Part shown: positions 8,945 to 19,472 of the stretch, one piece after another
How the letters are laid out: the number at the start of each line of letters is the position of its first letter
Numbering within the stretch: position 1 is the stretch's first letter
IMG/VR virus record: IMGVR_UViG_3300027749_002876
Location: 186,001 to 250,000 of that record
Strand: one strand, 5' to 3'
Length of the DNA stretch: 64,000 nt
Made by a program: the position numbers and the translations under genes
Notes under the pieces: generated by a model
The model's input: the letters and a program-made list of their open reading frames with translations, nothing else
Told to the model about the DNA's origin: nothing
The model's database searches: none

Positions 8945-9864
8945 GCCGTCAATTCCGCCAGTGTTGCTGCCAGTGAAATTTCAGGAATCCCTACTAATGG
9001 CAGATTTGCTAAACCATTGCGAATTATAATGATACTTGCGTCTTTCTTCTCTGATGAGTTACCCCACAAGTCTAAGTTATCATACATCCATTTGTAAGTA
9101 TCTTCGACACGTGTAGGGTACATAGCAATGTATTGCATTAGTTGTTGTCTTGCTTCCATAATCTTACCTGCTTTAAACAACTGCGTTGCTTCTAACAATA
9201 GCTCATGTTCACTACTACCCTGTGCTTGTGGCTTCATCAACTTGTTACCACTACTATTAACCTGTAATTGATTTAAACATTTACGCAAATCTGGGTATGT
9301 TGCACGAACATAACTATCTAAATCATCTAAATCAAATTCAACATTCTCAGTAACCAATACTGTAGCGGCTCTTGCGGTGAACTCAGTTTGATCGGTCTTT
9401 GCAATGTGAAATTCATGGCATCGTGATTTTAATGCAGGGATAATTTTATGTTGATAGTTGCATGTGAGAATATATCTTACAGTATCAGCATATGCTTCCA
9501 TATCGTTACGCAATGCCGCTTGTGAAGCTTGTGTTAAGTAATCAGCTTCGTCTAGTAGAACAACCTTGAATTTACCAAACGGCATCGTTTGAACAAAACC
9601 ATTAATCTTATCACGCATATTATCAACACCGTTTTCTCTACTAGCATTGATTTCCAATACGTCATAATCTTCTACTCCAAGTTCGTGTATCAACACTTTT
9701 GCAAGAGTTGTCTTACCAGTACCCGGATCACCACTCAATAGTAAATGCGGTATAGTACCTTCACTTACCCAACCTTCAACTTGTTTCTTTTGTCGTTCAT
9801 TAACAAACACATAATCTTGTACTGTGTTCGGACGATACTTCTCAACCCAAAGTTTGTTCTTCAT
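8941..9864 (-). CDS. gp44: clamp loader AAA+ subunit (gp44/RFC-like)
   Basis: LWVEKYRP, GDPGTGKTT, INAS, DEAD, ALKSRC. Confidence 0.95.
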   Translation of the reverse strand: MKNKLWVEKYRPNTVQDYVFVNERQKKQVEGWVSEGTIPHLLLSGDPGTGKTTLAKVLIHELGVEDYDVLEINASRENGVDNMRDKINGFVQTMPFGKFKVVLLDEADYLTQASQAALRNDMEAYADTVRYILTCNYQHKIIPALKSRCHEFHIAKTDQTEFTARAATVLVTENVEFDLDDLDSYVRATYPDLRKCLNQLQVNSSGNKLMKPQAQGSSEHELLLEATQLFKAGKIMEARQQLMQYIAMYPTRVEDTYKWMYDNLDLWGNSSEKKDASIIIIRNGLANLPLVGIPEISLAATLAELTA

Positions 9865-10154
9865 TTTCTTAACATTTCTAGTGTGATAACGTGTGCGATG
9901 CCCTGACCCAAATCTTGCTCAGAGGGGATGATATGTAATGTGTTATCATGTCTATCAGTTTTTTCATTGTAACTTGAATATTCTAGCACATAACCACCAT
10001 TAGCCATATGTATTGTGAAATTCATACCTCTGCTATCAAGCTGTGACCCTCTAGTGATAGCAAGAGGACCTCTTCTATGAGGTTTTGATTCTACTACCTC
10101 ATTGTCTTGTGGGAATATAAAGTTGTGTAATTTTTGTCTAAACCAGTTTATCAT
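9861..10154 (-). CDS. hypothetical protein
   Basis: 97-aa ORF coupled to neighbours. Confidence 0.7.
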   Translation of the reverse strand: MINWFRQKLHNFIFPQDNEVVESKPHRRGPLAITRGSQLDSRGMNFTIHMANGGYVLEYSSYNEKTDRHDNTLHIIPSEQDLGQGIAHVITLEMLRK

Positions 10155-10520
10155 TTAAAATACCTTGTCGCCCATGGTCTCATCCGTCATTGGTTCGTCA
10201 CTGACCATAAGTATGTCGTTAGGATCAATCTTACGAATAACTCTTTCACCAGTGCCGTCATCTATTTTAATCCCTCTAGTCCAACGACCGTGACTAATTA
10301 GGATATACTGCCCAGCTTTCACGTCCAGTTGTGTTGGACCTACAGCATATACTTGTCCCCAACGTGGGCGAATACCAGCAGACTTCATATCATCATTAGG
10401 TAGTAAGATACCACCATTTGTAATACGTACATCAAACTTCATGTCACTAACAATGATAGTGTCACCTATCGCAGTTAATGATTTGATTTTGTGCGGTGCA
10501 AATGCTAATTTTGTTTCCAT
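10155..10520 (-). CDS. groES: co-chaperonin GroES-like protein
   Basis: DTIIV...TNGGILLP...GQVYAVGP...DILMV. Confidence 0.88.
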   Translation of the reverse strand: METKLAFAPHKIKSLTAIGDTIIVSDMKFDVRITNGGILLPNDDMKSAGIRPRWGQVYAVGPTQLDVKAGQYILISHGRWTRGIKIDDGTGERVIRKIDPNDILMVSDEPMTDETMGDKVF

Positions 10521-10521
10521 A

Positions 10522-10878
10522 TTATTTCTTTGATTCTTTGGCTTTAATTTTTTCTACTTCAATATCATCCTCAATTGATTCTTCTAACTCTAATTCTGCT
10601 ACAGTTAGTTCCTCAACTTTTGGTTGAACTGCTTCTACTTTATGCGGGATTGGTTTAGTTGTAACAGGTCTTTTAACCTGTGCTGATTTATTACCTACAG
10701 TTTTTCCATAAGCTTCATTTACTTTATCAGTAACCGGTCTAATTACTCGACCACTAGAATCAATTGTGTCGCCTCTAGCATTAACGCTCATATTACCAAC
10801 TGCCCTAGTATGCTCGTTTCTTGCAGCCAGTGCTCCCATATCTACTGATTTTCCCATTGCGGATTTATAATTTTTCAT
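10522..10878 (-). CDS. hypothetical protein
   Basis: 118 aa; AGGAG SD. Confidence 0.7.
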   Translation of the reverse strand: MKNYKSAMGKSVDMGALAARNEHTRAVGNMSVNARGDTIDSSGRVIRPVTDKVNEAYGKTVGNKSAQVKRPVTTKPIPHKVEAVQPKVEELTVAELELEESIEDDIEVEKIKAKESKK

Positions 10879-10888
10879 TTTGGTCTCC

Positions 10889-11395
10889 TTATTTTAAAAA
10901 CTCATCTATTGACAAATCATAGTACAAACTATTTATACGATGTATCTCAAGTAAAAACAATACAAAACTTGCTACACTACTACCTCGACCTACACCCCAA
11001 ACAATATTATGTTTACGCATAGTGTCAACCAAATACTTAAGATACTTTAATAGAATAAACATATCACGGTCTTGGAACTTAATTAACTCTTCACCTGCTC
11101 TTTGTAATTCTGCTTCAGTAGTACACTTGTCTAGTACATACTTAGCAATGTCCATATTTAAATATTCAGGTGGCAAGTGCCAAGATGATTGATTAGTGTT
11201 ATCAAATTCCTCTACTGATACTTTTGGGTCAACATACTCAATAAGTTTGGGTATATTTTCCAATTGCAATACATCATTAAAGTTAATAGCTTTCTCTACA
11301 AAAGCATATTTTATTGTACGTAACGGGTCTTGTAGATATAACAAACACAAGTCTGACTCAGTAAAAATAGATTGACCGTAAATATCTGATTTCAT
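10889..11395 (-). CDS. dnaE: DNA polymerase III alpha (DnaE)-like N-terminal palm fragment (start revised to MKSDIYG)
   Basis: QRAGEELIKF...YLVDTMRKHNIVWGVGRGSSVASFVLFLLEIHRINSL matches the DnaE GPGRGS region. Confidence 0.85.
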   Translation of the reverse strand: MKSDIYGQSIFTESDLCLLYLQDPLRTIKYAFVEKAINFNDVLQLENIPKLIEYVDPKVSVEEFDNTNQSSWHLPPEYLNMDIAKYVLDKCTTEAELQRAGEELIKFQDRDMFILLKYLKYLVDTMRKHNIVWGVGRGSSVASFVLFLLEIHRINSLYYDLSIDEFLK

Positions 11396-11401
11396 GTACC
11401 T

Positions 11402-11430
11402 ATTGTAACACAAAACAGATATGAAAACAA
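11402..11430 (-). promoter_or_regulatory. sigma70-type promoter TTGTTT-N17-TACAAT, 6 nt before ATG
   Basis: motif and spacing; no SD. Confidence 0.65.
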
Positions 11431-11443
11431 TATATTTGGATAC

Positions 11444-12040
11444 TTATTTTACCGTATCTAATGTAAAAATAATTTCAGTTGCTTCGGGTTTACATAAGTG
11501 TTTCCAACCCAAATCTAATTCAGCCCATTCATTGTCTTTATGTAATTTGACAATCTTATCTTTTTTGTTTGTTTTTTTGTTATTTGAAATGTTTGAACCA
11601 CTATCATTCCACCAACTAGTTTTGTCATTATATGGTTCAAAATCATCTTCAATGTCTACTAAATATTCAACATCATCACTTAATTGAGATTTAAATGACA
11701 TATGTGTAATGTTAAATTTACCTTCAGTAATAGCATTCATTTTTAGTAATAATGGAATTGCTAATGCTTGGTCATATGGTTCAACTGGAAGCACACATAC
11801 CTTCATTCCCAAATTAGTAAAAGTATCTATAACTTTTTTCTCAGTAGATTGAATAAAAACTGAATTGGTAATACATTCATCAACAAAGTATTTCATTCTT
11901 TCAAGTGCAATAGTTTGTTCATATGGTTCTTCAGTTAGTATATCAACAAACATTGTAAAGGAATACATTCCAATTTGATACTCATCATGTAACCATATTC
12001 CAGCGATGAAATTAAATTCTCGTTTAATTCTAGCGGTCAT
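11444..12040 (-). CDS. hypothetical protein
   Basis: 198 aa; ATGA coupling. Confidence 0.7.
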   Translation of the reverse strand: MTARIKREFNFIAGIWLHDEYQIGMYSFTMFVDILTEEPYEQTIALERMKYFVDECITNSVFIQSTEKKVIDTFTNLGMKVCVLPVEPYDQALAIPLLLKMNAITEGKFNITHMSFKSQLSDDVEYLVDIEDDFEPYNDKTSWWNDSGSNISNNKKTNKKDKIVKLHKDNEWAELDLGWKHLCKPEATEIIFTLDTVK

Positions 12041-12276
12041 TTTTTACCCTCTTTTTCTACACTGATAGATGATTGAATGTTTTGTTTTTTCATTATAGCA
12101 TCCATTTTGATGCCATATTCTTTTTTATAACTATCTAAGACCATGCAAAGCTGATGAATCATGGGTCCATTTTGCATTGAGTATGCAAAGTTAAGTTTTT
12201 TAGTTAAATCCGAAATAGACGTTTGAAGGTCTTCAAGCGACTTATCAGACAGTGATGTAATGAACGGATGTTCCAT
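12037..12276 (-). CDS. hypothetical small helical protein
   Basis: GATAAATA (12282-12289) 5 nt before ATG. Confidence 0.7.
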   Translation of the reverse strand: MEHPFITSLSDKSLEDLQTSISDLTKKLNFAYSMQNGPMIHQLCMVLDSYKKEYGIKMDAIMKKQNIQSSISVEKEGKK

Positions 12277-12311
12277 TCAAATATTTATCTAGTAATAACG
12301 TGTTGAAATTT

Positions 12312-13709
12312 TTATGCGTATGTAGAATTAAGGGTATACCAAATTCCACCTACGTTAGAGGCTGCGCTAGTAGAACAGAAATATTCTACTGCCGCTGAGT
12401 TACCCAGTGTTACTGATACGTTACTTGTTCCACCATTAATGTTAGCACCTGTATTTGGATATACACGTAAGGTATTTGCTGTATTGTTTCGTATGATTAT
12501 ACGATATCCAGCTACAGCAACAGGTAATTTTACACCAGAGTTAACAGGAACAGTAGTTACTATATTAATATTATTTGTTAATAATGTAGCATTTGCTTGT
12601 ACTGTGCCGGCAGCAATGACACTATCATTAGAACTTACTGCTAAGAATCCACCAACAGTTAAATTACCACTGATAGTTTGGTCAGCACTAGATGCGCCAG
12701 CTAATGCAATACTTTTCCATATAGCATTCCCGTTGTAGCTAGTTCCTACCATGTTGCCCGTACCTGCATTAATTGCAAATGTTGAACCGGCTGTACCATC
12801 AAATCCAGTTGCTGAAATTGTTATATTAGAACTATCTGGAATTGATTTAATATAATAAACAGTATTAGCAACAATATTTCCCCAAGTGTTGCCAGTAAAT
12901 ATAATAGGTGCATTTTGTACTAAACTTGTATTAGAACCACAATTTATTAAATTACCTGCGTAAGTTGCAGTAATAGATTTAACCACTGTGGTTGAACTAA
13001 ATGACCCCGTACATACATATACATAATTAGCATTTACTGCTATGTCACCGGCAACATCACCTTGAAAGCCAGTTGGGGCAGGTGTACGTTGTTGTACTTG
13101 TGTAGAAATTCTAGGTCTATTATATGGTTCAATTGTAATATTGTTACCGCAATCTGTTGTACTCAATCTATATTCTAGTTGATTAACACCATACGGTATA
13201 GTAACTGTGGGTACGTTAGCTACATTAGCAAAGTTTTCCAATGTTTCTACACCATAAGTACCTGTCATTGATACTTGTGATGGGAATGAAATAACCGATT
13301 GACTATTTGAAATATTGAGTATTAGTTGTACATTACTTTGTGTGCCGCTTGGCGCCCATCCTGCAAATTGAAGTGTTGTGTTGCCAGAAATACTACCATA
13401 TTGTACATCACCTAAACTAGCATTGATAACAACGGTATTAGAGATGTTATTGCCTAAATTATATGTACTAGCACGGAAACTACGGGTTAGTGCATTGCTA
13501 ATCAATGTGTTAGCCATGTTATTGTTTACAACTGTATTTGCTAATGCGGATTTAACCACGACATTATTTTGCAAATCTGTAATTTCAGTACTAGCTGTAT
13601 TAAGATTAGTTCTTATTGTGGCAAAGTTATCTCTGAACCCTTGGCTGTTATTATTAACTCCGGGTACAGGATAATTTACATTTATTCCATTTGTGTTTAT
13701 TTGACTCAT
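12312..13709 (-). CDS. virion structural protein, tail fibre/baseplate-associated
   Basis: N-terminal YPVPGVNNNSQGFRDNF; N/T/S/G-rich; C-terminal domain shared with 16844..19378. Confidence 0.7.
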   Translation of the reverse strand: MSQINTNGINVNYPVPGVNNNSQGFRDNFATIRTNLNTASTEITDLQNNVVVKSALANTVVNNNMANTLISNALTRSFRASTYNLGNNISNTVVINASLGDVQYGSISGNTTLQFAGWAPSGTQSNVQLILNISNSQSVISFPSQVSMTGTYGVETLENFANVANVPTVTIPYGVNQLEYRLSTTDCGNNITIEPYNRPRISTQVQQRTPAPTGFQGDVAGDIAVNANYVYVCTGSFSSTTVVKSITATYAGNLINCGSNTSLVQNAPIIFTGNTWGNIVANTVYYIKSIPDSSNITISATGFDGTAGSTFAINAGTGNMVGTSYNGNAIWKSIALAGASSADQTISGNLTVGGFLAVSSNDSVIAAGTVQANATLLTNNINIVTTVPVNSGVKLPVAVAGYRIIIRNNTANTLRVYPNTGANINGGTSNVSVTLGNSAAVEYFCSTSAASNVGGIWYTLNSTYA

Positions 13710-13729
13710 ATTAGTTTTCCGTCTAGTAT

Positions 13730-16210
13730 TTAGTATTGAGTTTTATTCGGCAAAATAGTTTTTCTCGGGAATAAAACGTAAAAATCTTCGCTATTTAATG
13801 GGTCAGGCGTAGGGGTCGCACTCGGCAAATCATCCCAACTTGGTGGTATTGTTGCGTTATTATAGTTGTAAGTAGCACTCTTATCCACACTAAATCTATC
13901 AATTTGGAAATTAATTAAATTTAGTGTGTAATCCCAATTATTTTCTATATTAGTTTTGATGATATCAGCAAATCCTGGTTTAGTGTAACATATAACCCAA
14001 GCTTGAGTATATCCCAAAGTACTACCATTACTTTGTTGACTAGTCATCCATAATGGTAACAGTGTACTATTGAATACTTGTCCTACAACTTGTCCTACAC
14101 GATTACGCATATTGTACAAGCTATTTGGATATAACCTTCTTGCATATCCCGGTGTTCTGCTTGTGTAATAGCCTGGTGGCAAGTCTTTATTATAACTTGT
14201 GTATATATCGGTTATGCTTGTGTACCATGGACCTAATCCTAAGTCAATTGGTCTTGGCCAATATATTTGTTGTTGAATACTTACACCTGATGGATTAACT
14301 AAATTGTCAATGACCTCACTGTATACAACTTCATAAATTATGTCACCTGCACTATTTTTTGCTACAGCAGTTTTAAGTTCACCTAAAGTAATATTTCTCC
14401 AATAGTGATTTTGTGTGACAGCTACTAAATATTCTTGTATATCACTGGCATATATTCCATATGCATGTTCATATATAACACTTGTTGCCTTGCCAAAGTA
14501 TTGGTCATTTTCTCTGTATAAACTTTCAGGTGGTATTAATGAATCATTATTTAATAATGATGCTAGTATCTGTCTATCATTAATAGAGGGTGTTGCTTGA
14601 ATATATAATGTATCAGTTGGTTGACTGAATTCTTGTAAAACAGTTATTGTGAATGACTTACTTGATTCCACAGCTGGGTATTCAGTTGAATAGGCTTGCA
14701 CAGTGAAAGAGAATGCAGTTGTTGCACCTTGTTCTAGTAATTCATTTGTAGGTTGATCGGCCACTCTACCTGTAATTTGTCCATTACTAGAAAGAGTTAG
14801 GTTAGGTGGTAGTACTGTATCATTTATTAATCTATAACTTAAAACAACGTCACTTGTTGCTTTAACAAACAATGTACTAATAGTTCCGTTAAATATTTGA
14901 CCTAAGTCAGTGTTACTATCCCATACAACATTACCAGTAATACCTTTTCGTAAATTATAAGTAAAGTTGAAGAAGGGACTTATATATGAGGGGCTATTTG
15001 ATTTATAAACACCTACGCTAAAGTTATAGCTACTTACACCATTACTTGCCAATGCAGGTGTACCTGTAATCCATCCAGTTTGAGTATCCCCGGTCAATTC
15101 ACTGGGCAAACCAGAGAATGCATAAGTTATAGGATTACCATCAAAGTCATATCCTATAATTTTAAATGCAAAGTATTCACCACTTTGAAAGTTTCCCATA
15201 AATGCTGATTGTGACGGGGCCACTGGTGGTAAAATATAATAACCATAGTACGGATCAGTATTGCTTAAATTGTATGTTAATGGTCTGGTATTTAATATTG
15301 TTGGTACTCTAGTATTAGGTGGTTTTCCAGGACCACCTTGAGTAGTAGGGGTGTTTTGATTAACAACAGTTATTGTATAGGAACCTGTATCACCACCCAA
15401 CGGGCTAGTAAGTTCAAGTATAAAACTATAAGTTCTTATTGTTGGTGTACCTGTAGATACTGCAGGTAATGTAACAACCATAGCACCAGAACCCTCAGTT
15501 AATAATAATTGAGATCCGTTTTGTGTTACACTAATCGAAAAGGTAGTTGATGATGGTATTGATTTGATATAATATTGTTGACCACTATTTAAATCACCAA
15601 ATATTGTTCCAGAAAATACAACAGGTCTTCCTACATAAAAACCAATTGTTGAAGTAACTGTAATTAAATTAGTTGAGCTAGATGTCTCTGATGAGTTTGT
15701 TATGACTGACGGAGTAGTTATTGTTACTACTGGTGGTCTAGGATAGCCACGTATATTACCTAATAAATCAATCTCTAAACCAGGTGGCAATGCACCCTCT
15801 TTAACTTGTACAATTACAGGATTACTTGTACTTGGATTAGTGTAGGTAACTGGTAAACTAATCCATAAGCTATCTTGTGTGTTTAATAAGCTACCGTTTG
15901 GAGTAGTGAATTGTGGAATTGCTGAACCGGATATATTTATTGAAAAAGTTCTATCTCTAATATTTCCTAAATTATCTGTAACCCTAACAGTGAATGCACT
16001 TACTGTATTTCTCGTAACTAGTGTTGGTGTACCTGATATTAACCCCATAGTAGATAAACTTAAACCATCAGGCAATGAACCACTTATTACTTGATAAGTT
16101 ATTGATGTTGCAGGACTTACTGGGTCCGCAGACAATTCAAAGGCCATTATTAATAATGCCGGATAACTACCTATAAGTCCTGCGCTTGTGTTCCAAACTG
16201 GTTGTGCCAT
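13730..16210 (-). CDS. virion structural protein with putative Ig-like repeats (baseplate/wedge-like)
   Basis: repeated G.LP.GL.L...G.I.G.P...FT(V/I) pattern. Confidence 0.7.
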   Translation of the reverse strand: MAQPVWNTSAGLIGSYPALLIMAFELSADPVSPATSITYQVISGSLPDGLSLSTMGLISGTPTLVTRNTVSAFTVRVTDNLGNIRDRTFSINISGSAIPQFTTPNGSLLNTQDSLWISLPVTYTNPSTSNPVIVQVKEGALPPGLEIDLLGNIRGYPRPPVVTITTPSVITNSSETSSSTNLITVTSTIGFYVGRPVVFSGTIFGDLNSGQQYYIKSIPSSTTFSISVTQNGSQLLLTEGSGAMVVTLPAVSTGTPTIRTYSFILELTSPLGGDTGSYTITVVNQNTPTTQGGPGKPPNTRVPTILNTRPLTYNLSNTDPYYGYYILPPVAPSQSAFMGNFQSGEYFAFKIIGYDFDGNPITYAFSGLPSELTGDTQTGWITGTPALASNGVSSYNFSVGVYKSNSPSYISPFFNFTYNLRKGITGNVVWDSNTDLGQIFNGTISTLFVKATSDVVLSYRLINDTVLPPNLTLSSNGQITGRVADQPTNELLEQGATTAFSFTVQAYSTEYPAVESSKSFTITVLQEFSQPTDTLYIQATPSINDRQILASLLNNDSLIPPESLYRENDQYFGKATSVIYEHAYGIYASDIQEYLVAVTQNHYWRNITLGELKTAVAKNSAGDIIYEVVYSEVIDNLVNPSGVSIQQQIYWPRPIDLGLGPWYTSITDIYTSYNKDLPPGYYTSRTPGYARRLYPNSLYNMRNRVGQVVGQVFNSTLLPLWMTSQQSNGSTLGYTQAWVICYTKPGFADIIKTNIENNWDYTLNLINFQIDRFSVDKSATYNYNNATIPPSWDDLPSATPTPDPLNSEDFYVLFPRKTILPNKTQY

Positions 16211-16211
16211 G

Positions 16212-16832
16212 TTATGCGCCTAAATATTCTAATGCAATATGATAGTGATGTTCTCTATCAGCTAATCCAATAGTACCGCCATTGATACGTTTTGTTAATG
16301 TTACAAAATCATCTCTATCACAATATTGATTTAGTTTGTTGTTATCCCAGAACCAACCAGCGCTGGCAACAGCACCATTGGGTGTTTCTAAATATCTTAC
16401 AGTATCTTCAATACTCATATCTAATGCTTCAGCAAACTTTGTATAGTTATCACGACCGGTCAATTGTATTAATCCGCGACCTCTAAATCTAAATCCATCG
16501 CCACTTGCTTCGTCACCGTTCTTCATACGATTAGCATATACACGATTAGCAATCATCTCTGGCTTGCGTTCATATGGTTTAGCAATATCTTCTGTAGGGA
16601 AATATTTTTTAAACGTTCCCACTAATCCTTTTGCACTGTAGTTTAAGTTTTCAATGACAGCATTAAAGCCACCGCTTTCATGTGCTACTTGTGCTAGAAA
16701 ACCTGCAACACGTTTGGGATTCTCAAACATTTCGTAGTATTCTGCTACAGTGTTTAGTGGCTCAACATAACCCTCTAGTATAGAGCGTGTTGTTTTTGTA
16801 CACATTGCTGTTAATAATTCTATTGTTACCAT
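16212..16832 (-). CDS. glycoside hydrolase family 19 endolysin
   Basis: FLAQVAHESGG, ENLNYS, FRGRGLIQLTGRDNY, SAGWFW, TKRINGG. Confidence 0.93.
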   Translation of the reverse strand: MVTIELLTAMCTKTTRSILEGYVEPLNTVAEYYEMFENPKRVAGFLAQVAHESGGFNAVIENLNYSAKGLVGTFKKYFPTEDIAKPYERKPEMIANRVYANRMKNGDEASGDGFRFRGRGLIQLTGRDNYTKFAEALDMSIEDTVRYLETPNGAVASAGWFWDNNKLNQYCDRDDFVTLTKRINGGTIGLADREHHYHIALEYLGA

Positions 16833-16843
16833 GTTTTACCTTT

Positions 16844-19378
16844 TTATACGTACACCGCTGTTAGAGTATACCATTGTGTTCCGGTTAATGTAATATATTG
16901 TAGTGTTCCGGCAGCTGGATGAGAATAACTAGCGTTAGTTGACAATGAGTTAATTACACCACCTGATGCTGGATATACTAACAAACTATTTGCACTAGAG
17001 TTTGTGATAGTAATAGACATACCAGCAACCCCGTTTGGCAACACAACACCTTGACCAGAAGAAACAGTTGAGACTTGATTAAACTCTTTAGTTAATATTG
17101 TACCATCACCCTGAGTAGAACCTGCGGCTAATATACCTGTACCAACCGAACGAATATGATAGTTAGTAGCAATAATATTAGCACTGGTTATATTGCCTGA
17201 CGCAGATAGTGAAGTCAGTGTACCAACACTTGTTATGTTAGGTTGAGCGTTAGTATATACTGTACCTGCAACTAATGCATTGCCTACTTGACCTGAAACA
17301 TTAGCACCGGCAAGACCAGTCAGTGCTTGTCCATTACCTATAATATTGCCAACATTAACATTACCCGTTGTAGTTATTGTATTACTACCATAGCTAGATA
17401 AGAAGGTTGCTACATTACTGTTAGAATACATTGTAGGTGTGGATGCAAATACGCCATTACCATATAATATATTACTTGCATTACCGTCTTTATTAATAGA
17501 TGCAATGTTACCAACACCAACTACATTTGCAAGTGCTACACTATTAGCTGATGCGGCTACTGTTGCACTAGATGCAAGACCTGTAAGTGCTCCTGTAAAT
17601 AATGTAGCAGACATATTACCTGCACTAATATTGCCAGTGACTGCTAAACTTGTTAGTGTACCTGTACTTGTAATGTTTGGTTGAGCCGCTGTTGTTACTG
17701 TACCTGCAGTTGCTGCCGTTATTCCGATCAATTGACTACCATTACCAAAATACACATTAGCAGTCATATTACCTAGTGTAGAAATATTAGCATTAACATT
17801 GTTTAATACAATATTAGAATCTGAATTTAAATTACCACTTAATGCTAGACTTGATAATGTACCCACTGCAGTGATGTTTGACTGTAACCCTGTTGTTAAT
17901 GTACCTGCTATATATGCACCAGTTATATTACCAGTGGCAGATAGATTGCCTGTAATATCTAATTGAGGATCATTGAATTTAATATTAGCACTAGCATCTA
18001 TACCATTAGCACCACTGCTTAATAAGATTGAATTAGCTGTACCAGGTATAACTTGTGTAATAACTGACACAAATGTTAAATTACCAGCTCCATCGTTTTG
18101 TAAATATCCAGCTGACCCTGTAATTTTAACATTGCCAACATTACCTAAATTACTATTACCATTTACTGATAATGAAGTTAGTGTACCTAAACTTGTAATG
18201 TTGGGCTGTGCATTAGTTGTTACAGTACCTGCTGTAGTTGCGCTAGTTGCCGCACCACTGAGTGCACCAGTGAATGTTGTTGCAGATACATTGCCTGCAT
18301 TGATATTACCACTAGCATTTAGTGTACCTGCAATATTTGCACCAGTGGTTGTAACAACTAATACATTAGCAACACCTGCAACACTCGTAATTACATTACC
18401 ACTAATACCAACAATATCAACGTTACTTGTACCATTTGAAATACTACCAACGGTGATATCACCTGCGCTCAATAATCCTGTGACAGAAAGATTACCTAAT
18501 GTAGTGTTACCGCCGGCGCTCAATGTACCAGTAGTTGCTAAATTACCACCAGTTATTGTATCGGTAGCAGTTATTATACCTGTACCAACGTTACCAATGT
18601 TTGCATTACCTGATACTGATAAACTTGTTAATGTACCTGTACTTGTAATATTAGGTTGTGCATTAGTTGTCACAGTACCGGCTGTATTCGCACTAGATAC
18701 AGTACCAGAAACATTTGCGCCTGCTATACTAAGATTAGTTAAATTGCTACCATCACCTTTAAGGTATTGTGCTTCTATAATCCCGGCATTAGCATATATG
18801 TTTCCTGCAATAATATTGCCCGATACTGATAGTGAAGCTAGTGTACCCAAACTTGTAATATTAGCTTGTGCATTTTGCGACACAGTGCCAGCCACATTAG
18901 CAACATTTGCAGTACTTGAAGTTATATTAGTTAATTGACTACCATCACCTATGAAATAATTTGCAACTACTGCATTTCCTAAACTAGCATTTAGACTAGT
19001 TAAATTACCGCCGGCTGATATATTACCTGATGTAACAAGATTAGAGATTGATAAAGTATTGGGAATTTCAACGTATAGTGTTTGACTGAAATTAGTATAA
19101 ATTGCAGAATTTGTTACTGGGTTGGGAGTTGTTCCTACTCTTAGTGTTACTGAGCTAATTGAAATTGAAGCAACATTGGCTTCAACAATAACATTACCGG
19201 TAGGAGAATTTACTGTTATGCCTCGTCCTGCTGTACGATTGATGGATAATACAGCGGCATTTGCAGTTGAAGAATAAACTTCATCAAAATTCTCTTGTAC
19301 TTTTTGAAAAGCTGTTCGTATAGCATCTGCTGACGGATCATCAGGAAACGTTCCGAAATCTATATTTTGTTGGCTCAT
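16844..19378 (-). CDS. long tail-fibre-like protein with AQPNITSxGTLxSL repeats
   Basis: N-terminal DFGTFPDD..ADAIRTAFQKV; about 6 copies of Q.NIT..GTL.SL. Confidence 0.75.
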   Translation of the reverse strand: MSQQNIDFGTFPDDPSADAIRTAFQKVQENFDEVYSSTANAAVLSINRTAGRGITVNSPTGNVIVEANVASISISSVTLRVGTTPNPVTNSAIYTNFSQTLYVEIPNTLSISNLVTSGNISAGGNLTSLNASLGNAVVANYFIGDGSQLTNITSSTANVANVAGTVSQNAQANITSLGTLASLSVSGNIIAGNIYANAGIIEAQYLKGDGSNLTNLSIAGANVSGTVSSANTAGTVTTNAQPNITSTGTLTSLSVSGNANIGNVGTGIITATDTITGGNLATTGTLSAGGNTTLGNLSVTGLLSAGDITVGSISNGTSNVDIVGISGNVITSVAGVANVLVVTTTGANIAGTLNASGNINAGNVSATTFTGALSGAATSATTAGTVTTNAQPNITSLGTLTSLSVNGNSNLGNVGNVKITGSAGYLQNDGAGNLTFVSVITQVIPGTANSILLSSGANGIDASANIKFNDPQLDITGNLSATGNITGAYIAGTLTTGLQSNITAVGTLSSLALSGNLNSDSNIVLNNVNANISTLGNMTANVYFGNGSQLIGITAATAGTVTTAAQPNITSTGTLTSLAVTGNISAGNMSATLFTGALTGLASSATVAASANSVALANVVGVGNIASINKDGNASNILYGNGVFASTPTMYSNSNVATFLSSYGSNTITTTGNVNVGNIIGNGQALTGLAGANVSGQVGNALVAGTVYTNAQPNITSVGTLTSLSASGNITSANIIATNYHIRSVGTGILAAGSTQGDGTILTKEFNQVSTVSSGQGVVLPNGVAGMSITITNSSANSLLVYPASGGVINSLSTNASYSHPAAGTLQYITLTGTQWYTLTAVYV

Positions 19379-19431
19379 ATCTATTTTACCTTATTTAGTA
19401 TTTATCGTTATTAATAAAACGGGTGCCCAAA

Positions 19432-19459
19432 AAAATACCCGACTAGTGCCGGGTATTTT
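19432..19459 (-). terminator. intrinsic terminator
   Basis: 10-bp inverted repeat AAAATACCCG / CGGGTATTTT with T-run on the minus strand; late promoter follows at 19399-19406. Confidence 0.8.
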
Positions 19460-19472
19460 ATAGTAATGTATA

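Noticed and set aside
10889-11395. DnaE fragments as pseudogene remnants or split-intein halves
   Set aside because: Both have clean starts and intact motifs, one has its own promoter and the other is translationally coupled; no intein residues at the junction
11444-12040. QueD/T-fold enzyme
   Set aside because: Only a vague pattern resemblance; the Cys/His metal-binding motif is absent
17973-18938. 321-aa + strand ORF, and similar antisense ORFs over fibre genes
   Set aside because: Antisense shadow of a repetitive N/T/G/V-rich gene; no promoter or SD
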